Positions 24,813 through 36,409 of a DNA stretch of 64,000 bases are shown piece after piece (position 1 is the first letter of the stretch; each line of letters opens with the position of its first letter). Below the pieces are notes generated by a model. That model saw only the letters and a list, made by a program, of their open reading frames with translations, was not told the DNA's origin and did no database searches. Location: contig NW_025963857.1 in assembly GCF_023055435.1 (NCBI RefSeq), positions 11,842,001 to 11,906,000 on the forward strand, given 5' to 3'. Origin of the DNA: Haliotis rufescens. Taxonomy: Eukaryota. A program made the position numbers and the translations under genes.

Positions 24813-25139
24813 ACAGTGATAGCGTCTGTGGTTGGTTCGGGAGCGATGTGAAATATATCCTATAGGTTTGTTTAAATGATATTGATAACATACCTAGTCC
24901 CCGACGCGGTATTGTAACAGATGTGGTTTGGGAGTTTCATATATTTATGTTTCATTAAAAGTAACATAAATAATCTATATATAATAGCGTAATATTTATG
25001 CATTTACCGTCGACTTATATATATGGAAATACACGATCAACATGTTTGCCACAATGAAGCTGTGGGAAAAGTGACTCGTGTAACAGCTGGGACTATGTTG
25101 CAGAAACGGACCCGACAATTTAAAACCTAACGTTATTGA

Positions 25140-25412
25140 TACCTGCGAAAGTGCGGTATAGAATAGGTTTTCAGCAACCCATGCTTGCCGTAAAAGGTGA
25201 CTATGCTTGTCGTAAGAGGCGACTTACGGGATCGGGGGGTCAGGCTAGCGGACTGAGTCGATGCACGAAATCGTATCCCAACTGCGTGGATCGATGCTCA
25301 TGATGTCAATCACTGGATTGTCTGGTCCGGACTCGATTATTTACAGATCGCCGTCATATAGCTTGAATATTGCTGAGTGCGGCGTTAAACAACAAACACA
25401 ACAAACAACCAA
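25140..25412 (+). mobile_element. Family A element inserted in first unit of the AT-rich 42-bp array
   Basis: Flanked by CGTTATTGA; array unit sequence on both sides. Confidence 0.85.
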
Positions 25413-25416
25413 AAGT

Positions 25417-26090
25417 CGTTATTGACTCTGTACAATTTGAAACCTAACGTTATTGACTCGAGATAGTGTCTATACAATTTGAGACTTAACGTTATTATCT
25501 CAAGATAGTTTCTGTATAATTTAAAATCTAACGTTATTGACTAGAGATATTGTCTGTACAATTTAAAATCTAATGTTATTGACTCAAGATATTTTCTGTA
25601 CAATTTAAAATCTGACCTCAATGGTTCGAAACATTGTCTGTACGATATAAGATCTAACGTTATTGACTTAACATATTGTCTGTCCAATTTAAAACCTAAA
25701 GTTTTTGACACGAGATATTGTCTATACAATTTAAAACCTAACGTTTTTGACACGAGATATTGTCTGTACAATTGAAACCCTAACGTTTTTGACTCGACAT
25801 ATTGTCCATACAATTTAAAACCTAACGTTTTTTACTCGAGATATTTCCTGTACAATTCAAAATCTGATCTCAATTATTCGAAACATTGTCTGTACAATTT
25901 AAAATCTAACGTTATTGACTTAACATATAGTCTGTACAATTTAAAGCCAAACGTTTTTGACTCGACATATTGTATGTACAATTTTAAACCTAACGTTATT
26001 GAATCGAGATATTGTCTGTAAAATTTAAAACCTAACGTTATTGACTCGAGATATTGTCCGTGCAATTGAAAATCTAATTATATTGACTAT
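25417..26090. repeat. AT-rich 42-bp minisatellite (TACAATTTAAAACCTAACGTTATTGACTCGAGATATTGTCTG), about 16 copies
   Basis: Direct inspection; 14-aa periodic ORF translations. Confidence 0.9.
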
Positions 26091-26177
26091 AAATATCCAG
26101 TTTCCACTCTTGCCGAAGTAGGCTGGCATTATGCAGTTATATTTTGGCTGGACTAACGAGTCACGTAATCACGTAAC

Positions 26178-26325
26178 GGACGGTCGGGTAGCCTTGTGGT
26201 TAAAGCATTCGCTCGTCACGCCGAAGACCCGGGTTCGATTCCCGACATGGGTACAATGCATGAAGCCCATTTTCTGGTGTCCCCTCCGTGATATTGCTAA
26301 AAGCGGCGTAAAACCAAACTCACTC
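26178..26325 (+). mobile_element. Family B SINE
   Basis: A box TAGCCTTGTGG, B box GGTTCGATTCC; flanks TAATCACG. Confidence 0.85.
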
Positions 26326-26532
26326 AATATAATCACGAAATCGACATCTGGTTCGTATACTGCTATAAAGATTTCGGTCGCTTGCAGGACTTGCAGAGCA
26401 TGTGAACTGCCAACTTGACTTCAACAGAAGGTTTCCAAATCATTTCATGTTTTTAATCAAGGTGCACACGTGTTTTGATGCCAATCGCGAAGTAAGACCC
26501 GTTTTATAACAATATAAATTTATTATCAGATC

Positions 26533-29500
26533 GTCTTGACTTCCTCCCTTCTTGCGCTCTCAGTGTCCCAATCTCTCTCACATCCTCCCCATCTTGCTCT
26601 CTCAGTTTCCCAAACTCTCTCATATCCTCCCTATCTTGCTCTCTCAGTGTCCCAATCTCTCTCATATCCTCCCCATCTTTCTCTCTCAGCGTCCCAATCT
26701 CTCTCACATCCTCCCCATCTTGCTCTCTCAGTGTCCCAATCTCTCTCACATCCCCCCCCCCCCCCCTTCTGCTCTCTCAGTGTCCCAATCTCTCTCACAT
26801 CCTCCCCATCTTGCTCTCTCAGTGTCCCAATCTATCTCATATCATCCCTATATTGCTCTCTCAGTGTCCCAAACTCTCTCATACCCTCCCTATCTTGCTC
26901 TCTCAGTGTCCCAATCTCTCTCATATCCTCCCCATCTTGCTCTCTCAGTGTCCCAAACTCTCTCATATGCTCCCCATCTTGCTCTCTCAGTGTCCCAAAC
27001 TCTCTCACACCCTCCCCATCTTGCTCTCTCAGTGTCCCAAACTCTCTCACACCCTTCCCATCTTGCTCTCTCAGTGTCCCAAACTCTCTCATATCCTCCC
27101 TATCTTCCTCTCTCAGTGTCCCAGTCTCTCCCATATCCTCCCTATCTTCCTCGCTCAGTGTCCCAAACTCTCTCACACCCTCCCTTTCTTCCTCACTCAG
27201 TTTCTCAAACTCTCTCACACCCTCCCCATCTTGCTCTCTCAGTGTCTCAAACTCTCTAACATCCTCCCCATCTTGCTCTCCCAGTTACCCATTCTCTCTC
27301 ACATCCTCCCCATCTTGCTCTCTCAGTGTCCCAATCTCTCTCATATCCTCCCCATCTTGCTCTCCCAGTTACCCATTCTCTCTCATATCCTCCCCATCTT
27401 GCTCTCCCAGTTACCCATTCTCTCTCACATCCTCCCCATCTTGCTCTCTCAGTGTCCCAATCTCTCTCATATCCTCCCCATCTTGCTCTCTCAGTGTCCC
27501 ATTCTCTCTCACATCCTCCCCATCTTGCTCTCTCAGTGTCCCAATCTCTCTCACATCCTCCCCATCTTGCTCTCTCAGTGTCCCAATCTCTCTCACACCC
27601 TCCCCATCTTGCTCTCTCAGTGTCCCATTCTCTCTCACATCCTCCCCATCTTGCTCTCTCAGTGTCCCAATCTCTCTCACATCCTCCCCATCTTGCTCTC
27701 TCAGTGTCCCAATCTCTCTCATATCCTCCCCATCTTGCTCTCCCAGTGTCCCAATCTCTCTCACACCCTCCCCATCTTGCTCTCTCAGTGTCCCATTCTC
27801 TCTCACATCCTCCCCATCTTGCTCTCTCAGTGTCCCAATCTCTCTCACACCCTCCCCATCTTGCTCTCTCAGTGTCCCAATCTCTCTCACACCCTCCCCA
27901 TCTTGCTCTCCCAGTGTCCCATTCTCTCTCACACCCTCCCCATCTTGCTCTCTCAGTGTCCCAATCTCTCTCACACCCTCCCCATCTTGCTCTCTCAGTG
28001 TCCCAATCTCTCTCATATCCTCCCCATCTTGCTCTCTCAGTGTCCCATTCTCTCTCACACCCTCCCCATCTTGCTCTCTCAGTGTCCCAATCTCTCTCAC
28101 ACCCTCCCCATCTTGCTCTCTCAGTGTCCCAATCTCTCTCATATCCTCCCCATCTTGCTCTCTCAGTGTCCCAATCTCTCTCACACCCTCCCCATCTTGC
28201 TCTCTCAGTGTCCCAATCTCTCTCACACCCTCCCCATCTTGCTCTCTCAGTGTCCCAATCTCTCTCACACCCTCCCCATCTTGCTCTCCCAGTTACCCAT
28301 TCTCTCACATCCTCCCCATCTTGCTCTCTCAGTGTCCCAATCTCTCTCATATCCTCCCCATCTTGCTCTCTCAGTGTCCCAATCTCTCTCACACCCTCCC
28401 CATCTTGCTCTCTCAGTGTCCCAATCTCTCTCACACCCTCCCCATCTTGCTCTCTCAGTGTCCCAATCTCTCTCATATCCTCCCCATCTTGCTCTCTCAG
28501 TGTCCCAATCTCTCTCACATCCTCCCCATCTTGCTCTCTCAGTGTCCCAATCTCTCTCACACCCTCCCCATCTTGCTCTCTCAGTGTCCCAATCTCTCTC
28601 ACACCCTCCCCATCTTGCTCTCTCAGTGTCCCAATCTCTCTCACACCCTCCCCATCTTGCTCTCTCAGTGTCCCAATCTCTCTCACACCCTCCCCATCTT
28701 GCTCTCCCAGTTTCCCATTCTCTCTCACACCCTCCCCATCTTGCTCTCTCAGTGTCCCAATCTCTCTCACACCCTCCCCATCTTGCTCTCTCAGTGTCCC
28801 AATCTCTCTCACACCCTCCCCATCTTGCTCTCTCAGTGTCCCAATCTCTCTCACACCCTCCCCATCTTGCTCTCTCAGTGTCCCAATCTCTCTCACACCC
28901 TCCCCATCTTGCTCTCTCAGTGTCCCAATCTCTCTCACACCCTCCCCATCTTGCTCTCTCAGTGTCCCAATCTCTCTCACACCCTCCCCATCTTGCTCTC
29001 TCAGTGTCCCAATCTCTCTCACACCCTCCCCATCTTGCTCTCTCAGTGTCCCAATCTCTCTCACACCCTCCCCATCTTGCTCTCTCAGTGTCCCAATCTC
29101 TCTCATATCCTCCCCATCTTGCTCTCTCAGTGTCCCATTCTCTCTCACACCCTCCCCATCTTGCTCTCTCAGTTTCCCATTCTCTCTCACACCCTCCCCA
29201 TCTTGCTCTCTCAGTGTCCCAATCTCTCTCACACCCTCCCCATCTTGCTCTCTCAGTGTCCCAATCTCTCTCACACCCTCCCCATCTTGCTCTCTCAGTG
29301 TCCCAATCTCTCTCACACCCTCCCCATCTTGCTCTCTCAGTGTCCCAATCTCTCTCACACCCTCCCCATCTTGCTCTCTCAGTGTCCCAATCTCTCTCAC
29401 ACCCTCCCCATCTTGCTCTCTCAGTGTCCCAATCTCTCTCACACCCTCCCCATCTTGCTCTCTCAGTGTCCCAATCTCTCTCACACCCTCCCCATCTTGC

Positions 29501-30150
29501 TCTCTCAGTGTCCCAATCTCTCTCACACCCTCCCCATCTTGCTCTCTCAGTGTCCCAATCTCTCTCATATCCTCCCCATCTTGCTCTCTCAGTGTCCCAA
29601 TCTCTCTCATATCCTCCCCATCTTGCTCTCTCAGTGTCCCGTTCTCTCTCATATCCTCCCCATCTTGCTCTCTCAGTGTCCCAAACTCTCTCACATCCTC
29701 CCCAACTTGCTCTCTCAGTGACCCAAACACTCTCATACCCTCCCTCTCTTGCTCTCTCAGTGACCCAAACACTCTCACATCCTCCCTATCTTCCTCTCTC
29801 AGTGTCCCAAACTCTCTCACATCCTCCCCATCTTGCTCTCTCAGTGACCCAAACACTCTCACATCCTCCCTATCTTCCTCTCTCAGTGTCCCAAAGTCTC
29901 TCACATCCTCCCCATCTTGCTCTCTCAGTGTCCCAAACTCTCTCATATCCTCCCCATCTTGCTCTCTCAGTTTCTCAAACTCTCTCATATCCTCCCCATC
30001 TTGCTCTCTCAGTTTCTCAAACTCTCTCATATCCTCCCCATCTTGCTCTCTCAGTTTCTCAAACTCTCTCATATCCTCCCCATCTTGCTCTCTCAGTGTC
30101 CCAATCTCTCTCACACCCTCCCTATCTTCCTCTCTCAGTGTCCCAAACTC
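26533..30150. repeat. Pyrimidine-rich 42-bp minisatellite (CATCTTGCTCTCTCAGTGTCCCAATCTCTCTCACACCCTCCC), about 86 copies
   Basis: Direct inspection; source of all ORFs of 900+ aa. Confidence 0.97.
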
Positions 30151-30194
30151 TGTTCTGGCAGTATTCGACATGGTAATATCTTCTAACTACGGTC

Positions 30195-30482
30195 GGTGAT
30201 TCGATCCCAGGTCGCGTCATATCAAAACTACGTTAAAAGATGGTATTTATTGTTACGCTGCCTGTCACTCGGCATTAGGGGGATACAAGGGCTGGAAGCT
30301 CGAAATCAGTATACTGTGTCTGAGTGGGGTATTCATGTTCAACTGCGGCATGGTATCTAAATGGGCTAGCACTATAAAACCGATATTAGTCTGGACTAGT
30401 ACACGCAGCCACACGCACGCAAGCACGCACGCACGCGCGTGTGTAATACTCTTGAACGCGACATTAAACTCCATTTCACTTC
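30195..30482 (+). mobile_element. Family C SINE, 5' truncated
   Basis: CGTTAAAAGATGGTA core, GCTAGCACTATAAA, tail GCGACATTAAAC. Confidence 0.8.
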
Positions 30483-30959
30483 CCCTACTGATATATCAAC
30501 CTCTATTTTCTCGGCGGCTGTCACATCCACGATGTCACCATTCTATTCCACGTTTGTTTACAGGGACATGTGCACCAACAAAAGCCAAGCAACAAGTATT
30601 GCAGAATAAAACATATATCATCTTACATCATTTACGTATAATCGGGTGAATTGTGGCCGCTTGACTTAATGATGCTAAATTTTATCTCATGGTCATAAAG
30701 ATATGTTTAGTTGTGTGTTTTTTGTGCGTCTCGGTATAGTATCTTAGTGGGGAAGTTGATCCAGGTGTGCTGACGATTACCTTCAGCGAAAACCTTCAGA
30801 CTCTTTAATCGGAACACGCGCTCCGAAAATAGAACGTATAGTTTGAGAAAAAACATTTTCGTCAGCGATTTCGTAGGTGATTGGATAGTTCAAGGCTGCT
30901 AGTACACAAACAAGCAAGGGGTGGAGGCGGGGGATTGGGGGATGGTGGGCTGTGGTAGG

Positions 30960-32370
30960 ATGGGGAGGATTAACGTGGTCCGAAGGGGATGATGTTTTGG
31001 AATGTAATGGAGATGATTCGTGTTGTCCGAAGGGGGTGATGTTTTGGGACTGGAATGAGATGATTAATGTGGTCCGAAGGGGTGATGTTTTGGAATATGA
31101 TGGAGATAATTAGTTTTGTCCGAAGAAGGTGATATTTTGGGATGAGCAGGAGATGATTAATGTGGTCCGAAAGGGGAGGATGTTTTGGGACTGGCAGGAG
31201 ATGATTAATGTGGTCCGAAAGGGGCGATCTTTTGGGACTGGCAGGAGATGATTAATGTGGTCCGAAAGGGGGGATCTTTTGGGACTGGATGGAGATGATT
31301 AATGTGGTCCGAAAGGGTGATGTTTTGGGACTGGCAGGAGATGATTAATATGGTCCGAAAGGGGATGATGTTTTGAGACTGGCAGGGGATGATTAGTGTG
31401 GTCCGAAAGGGGAGGATGTTTTGGGACTGGATGGAGATGATTAATGTGGTCCGAAAGGGGCGATCTTTTGGGACTGGCAGGAGATGATTAATGTGGTCCG
31501 AAAGGGGTGATCCTTTGGGACTGGATGGAGATGATTAATGTGGTCCGAAAGGGGTGATCTTTTGGGACTGGATGGAGATGATTAATGTGGTCCGAAAGGG
31601 GTGATGTTTTGAGACTGGCAGGAGATGATTAATGTGGTCCGAAAGGGGTGTTCTTTTGGGACTGGATGGAGATGATAAATGTGGTCCGAAAGGGGTGATG
31701 TTTTGGGACTGGATGGAGATGATTAATGTGGTCCGAAAGGGGATGATGTTTTGGGACTGGCAGGAGTGAGTGAGTGAGTGAGTATGGTTTTACGCCGCTT
31801 TTAGCAATATTCCAGCAATGGGACTGGCAGGAGATGATTAATGTGGTCCGAAGGGGATGATGTTTTGGGACTGGATGGATATGATTAGTGTGGTCCGAAG
31901 GGGATGATGTTTTGGGACTGGCAGGATATGATTAATGTGGTTCGAAAGGGGTGATGTTTTGGGACTGGATTGAGATGATTTGTGTTGTCCGAAGGAGGTG
32001 ATGTTTGGTTGTTTTGTTGTTTAACGCCGCACTCCAGCAGTATTCCAGCTATATGACGGCGGTCTGTAAATGACGGGTCTGGAACAGACAATCCAGTGAT
32101 TGCTATCATCAGCATCGATCCACGCAATTTCGAAGGAGGTGATGTTTGGGGACTGGATGGAGATGATTAATGTGGTCCGAAGGGGGTGATGTTTTGGGAC
32201 TGGCAGGAGGTGAATAATGTGGTCCGAATGGGGGTGATGTTTTGGGACTGGCAGATGATGATAAATGTGGTCCGAAAGGGGTGATGTTTTGGAATTGGAT
32301 GGAGGGGATTAATGTGGTCTGAATGGGTTGGTGTTTTGTGGGGATTAGGTGGAGGGGATTAATGTAGTCA
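30960..32370. repeat. G-rich 47-bp minisatellite interrupted by two SINE fragments
   Basis: Unit GGGACTGGCAGGAGATGATTAATGTGGTCCGAAAGGGGTGATGTTTT; inserts at 31767-31818 (family B tail) and 32009-32130 (family A 3' part). Confidence 0.95.
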
Positions 32371-32616
32371 AGAACATAACTGTTTTTTGAGTTTCAGGCC
32401 TCGTATATGAAGTACATGATTGAATCAATTAATAGAACATGACGTAGAATTGAACTGAAGACTTACGGGTATTCATTCTAACTGAACAGAAAACACTAAC
32501 CTTTCTTAACACGCTGTCTTTTCTACTATTAAACCGATTACTAAATGTATAGATTTGGCTTGGTGCGATCCCATCATCATAGGTACAATTTCCTATGGTA
32601 ACTGAAATGGGTTCAG

Positions 32617-32781
32617 TGAGTGAGTGAGTTTGGTTTTACGCCGCTTTTAGCAATATTCCAGCAATATCACGGCGGGGGACACCAGAAATGGGCTTCACAC
32701 ATTGTACCCATGTCGGGAATCGAACCTGGGTCTTCGGCGTGACGAGCGAACGCTTTAACCACTAGGCTACCCGACCGCCCC
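32617..32781 (-). mobile_element. Family B SINE, full length
   Basis: GGGCGGTCGGGTAGCCTAGTGGTTAAAGCGTTCGCTCGTCACGCCGAAGACCCAGGTTCGATTCCC head; flanks GTTCAGTG. Confidence 0.9.
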
Positions 32782-33339
32782 GTTCAGTGTAAGACAGCAT
32801 TGTTTTCATTCAAGGGGATGATGACTTAGGAGTCTGGGTGGAGAGAATTGCTATGTGTGTGCGTGCATGCGTGCGTGCGTATGTGTGCGCGTGCTTGCGT
32901 GCGTGCGAGTGTGTGTGTGTGAACGAGTGGTTGTGTATAGTATGTGCGTGTGCGTGCGTGCGTGCGTGCGTGCGTGCGTATGTGCGCGTGTATGTGTTTT
33001 AGAATTAAATTAGAACGGCCTTAAATGTCAGGCTTATTTATGGAAATTTATTCACGGTGATTTACCTACAGAATAACATGAAACTAAATGATTAATATTG
33101 AGAGGAAAGACGACCTGCTCCTGAGTTTGTAATTATTAATAAAAGTGGGATAATCTAAAATAAATAAATCACATGTTACATTGGTTGATTTCTCATGTTG
33201 TAAACACACCAATTAAATCAATTCCTTAGTGAAAACCATTTCCTGTCGAGTAAAATATGGAGTAAGTCATACGAACCTGTTTATTGATCTTGAAGTCTTT
33301 GAAAGGCATTTAGAAGTGATACACATAAGGAAGAGAAGT

Positions 33340-33414
33340 TATGGATGTCGACTTCTTCATTATGAGGAACACAACGTTTCGGAGTATATACCTACTCCTT
33401 TATCAGCTGAATAA
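33340..33414 (-). ncRNA. Degenerate minimal hammerhead-ribozyme-like motif (Penelope terminal-repeat type)
   Basis: CTGATAA-A-GGAGTA-ggtata-TACTCC-GAAAC; G8 position is A; second, more decayed copy at 42192-42258. Confidence 0.5.
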
Positions 33415-33929
33415 ATGCTACGAGGCAGAGATCATATATATGTACATGTAACAACAACAAAAGTAATAAGATAACAAAGGTGGAAACTGTTTATTGATGT
33501 ATAGGTCAAGATGAACTTCAAGGAGATTTTAGAAAAAATATATAAAAAAAAATATAAAAAAATAACACATGACTTAGAAACTAAGAAGCAGTTTGTATAT
33601 ACAGAACAATTAAGAATAACCAGGCTGCTTTGCGTGAACATATTTATATGATTTAAAATATATGTCCAATCGAAGTTATGAATAATTCAAGCAGCGAGCG
33701 CGATATTTGATATGAACTTGTGAATTCAATTTAGCTGTTGTCGATAACGATATCATACAAATATTTTCTTTCAGTTATAAAATATACGGCACACGTGTTA
33801 TGGTTTTCATATTATTATGATTACTGATGGGAAAATAAAAATGTTGCAAACATCAATATCATGTTGTGATATATTTTTACATATTTCACTGCGTAATAAA
33901 CATCGACCTTTTTAGATTATATGCATATT

Positions 33930-34513
33930 CATGAGTTCCGCCCTTCTGCCCATATACATAATGTTAATATATGGATCTAGATCCCGTTATTACCTCATTC
34001 CGACTTGTCATGCCTTCTACTTGTCTAAATGCTATCTCGGCCTTCACCTTGTTGTGCCCGGGTCACCGTGACATTGTGTCAAACCGGCGCAGCTTACGAG
34101 TGGGCGGAGGTCCAATCTGCCAAGCCGAACAAGAAAATATCAAGAAACATGCGTATCGGGCGGTTCTCTAATTTAAAGAATCATCGCGGAAACGTTTTCG
34201 TTCTAAATGGGTATATGTAACTGGAAAAACATCTTTTTCCCCTCAGAGGGTAAGTATGCTGAAGCTTGGTGCAACGCTATTGGCCAGCGTGGTCGGCCTG
34301 AAGAAAAACGAAGCCGGAGTCACGTGTTGCGCTGTGTCTATTTCAGCCTGATTTGTGATTGTAAATCATGCTAATGACGGGGTTCACGTCACTCACATGT
34401 GACGGCAATCCGTGTTTGCCTCGTCACCTGTTATTGAGGACAATGCGTAATTAATGCAGCACACTGCTGATTGTTTCAACGCGAATCGTAGCAAGAATTA
34501 TAGACTGGTAAGT
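33930..34513 (+). promoter_or_regulatory. Promoter-like island with splice donors
   Basis: GC boxes at 33938, 34102, 34158; CCAAT at 34112; E-boxes; donors GTAAGT at 34250 and 34508. Confidence 0.45.
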
Positions 34514-35197
34514 GCATTTTGTTTTGATAGATGATCTACGAATGCATAAATTATCACGTTAGCATGATACGGTACACAGATACAGTCGTGGGTATATCTC
34601 AGCTGATATAACTATTATAACTGTAGTCTGTACGTGCAGTGTATGACAATTGATACTAGTGTACCCCTCATGTGCTATTCGTGGCATGTAGTCCCTACAC
34701 TAGTACGACAACACCTAGACATGATACGAAAATGAACCCTGACAAGACTGCAGTTGACTTTACTAGCAGTGAAAGGAATATTCAAAAGGGCCTTAAGTAT
34801 CAAAACTTCATTTGTGGTCGTTGTGCGATGATAAGTTTTCTTGTGAGTTTGTATTATTTGTATATTATCAAATCCCGCCGAAGGTAAACTATTGATAATT
34901 TCCATTAATGTAAAAAAGCTAATAACCAATGTTATGCTTGTGATGTAATGTATTTTTCAATAATTCATCACGATAATAAATAACAATATATGTCCTTATT
35001 ATACGATATGATTACTGCTCAAATTCCATTTGTCTTATCACTTTGCTAAATATGTTTTTTTAATTCTTTTTCTTTTTGCTTACACAGTTTATGTATTCAG
35101 TTGTACTTACCTTTCACAGCATGAAATGAACATTTCGGAATTCCAACAGTGTAGAAAAGGTGTATTCACCCACATCTCCACAAAGACGCAACATGTA

Positions 35198-35371
35198 CAG
35201 TAAACTACGTTTATAACGAACACGCTTATAACGAACTGACCGATATAACGAACTTATTTTGTAGTCCCGGCCATTTGTTGTATATATGTTGTTACATGCT
35301 TATAACGAACTACGGTTATTACGAACTTAAATTAGTGGTGCCTTTGAGTTCGTTATAACCGTAGTTTACTG
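35198..35371. mobile_element. pogo/Tigger-type MITE, opposite orientation
   Basis: TA-CAGTAAACTACG ... CGTAGTTTACTG-TA. Confidence 0.88.
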
Positions 35372-36251
35372 TAGTTTGCGTTTTCTTACTAAGGCAACGT
35401 GAGACATTGGACAATGCGATGTGGAGATTGTGCAGTATTATTGTCAAGTACTACCATTGTAAAACGACATACAAACGTCTAGCTTACAGTGTTTACGTCT
35501 AGCCTGTCCTTCAAAATGGTTTATTTAACAACACAACAAACGAGGCTTTGTTGATCTCACGTTTCAATGCAACCTACATAGGTACCCCTCTGTCTCAGGC
35601 CTAACGAATGCAGAGAAAGGCTTTTGATTTAATTCAAATACAAGGAAATAAGAATGAATATTCATATTAACACTGGTAAGTTCCTGGGTAATTAGTTCAG
35701 TTATTAATCATGTTATACGGGTTAGAATATTTCAATGTAATTACATAATATGTAGAGAAAAAAAGATTGTAGATAAACATATTTTTTTATATGTGATCGA
35801 TATTCTCTCAAGTATATAATTCCATTGTTCGATGTATTCGGTAAAACATTTTCGACATAAGCATAAAGGTATATTTTCGACACCAGGGGGGGTGGGGGGT
35901 GGGGTGGGGTGGGGTGGGGTGGGGGTGTGGGGGTGTGGGGGGTGGTGTGGTATTTCGCTTATCAGTATATCAACATAGTGACAACAGTTTGTGGGCTGTC
36001 GGTTTGTTCACGTGCGAAAGGTTATATACTTTACCATTAGCAGTAAACTTTATTTGTCCCAAGCTTTACCCTTGTTGTGCGAAACTGACGCGCTGACGCA
36101 ATCTACATTGATAGAACAGATGTATAAGTGCAACTGTGTACTGTCTGTAATATCTGTCATCTATCTGTCTATGCCAATATTCAAACATTCCTATTGTCTG
36201 TCTCAACCACCATTTGAACATTCCGTCTGTATGTCTACCCCCGATACTTTA

Positions 36252-36407
36252 ACTTGGTTGATTCATGTCATCGATCTCAATTGCTGGATCGATGCTCATG
36301 ATATCAATCACTGGATTGTCTGGTCCAGGCTCGATTATTTACAGACCGCCGTCATATAGCTGGAATATTGCTGAGTGCGGCGTTAAACAACCAACCAACC
36401 AACCAAC
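36252..36407 (+). mobile_element. Family A element, 5' truncated
   Basis: 3' half with (AACC)n tail. Confidence 0.8.
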
Positions 36408-36409
36408 AT

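Noticed and set aside
26178-26250. tRNA gene
   Set aside because: tRNA-like heads here lack an acceptor stem and continue into SINE bodies; no bona fide tRNA found
26536-30199. ORFs of 957-1121 aa
   Set aside because: Pure 42-bp tandem repeat open in several frames on both strands, no splice or unique sequence context
30960-32370. CRISPR-like array
   Set aside because: Contiguous tandem units without unique spacers; inserts are SINE fragments; eukaryotic context, no cas genes
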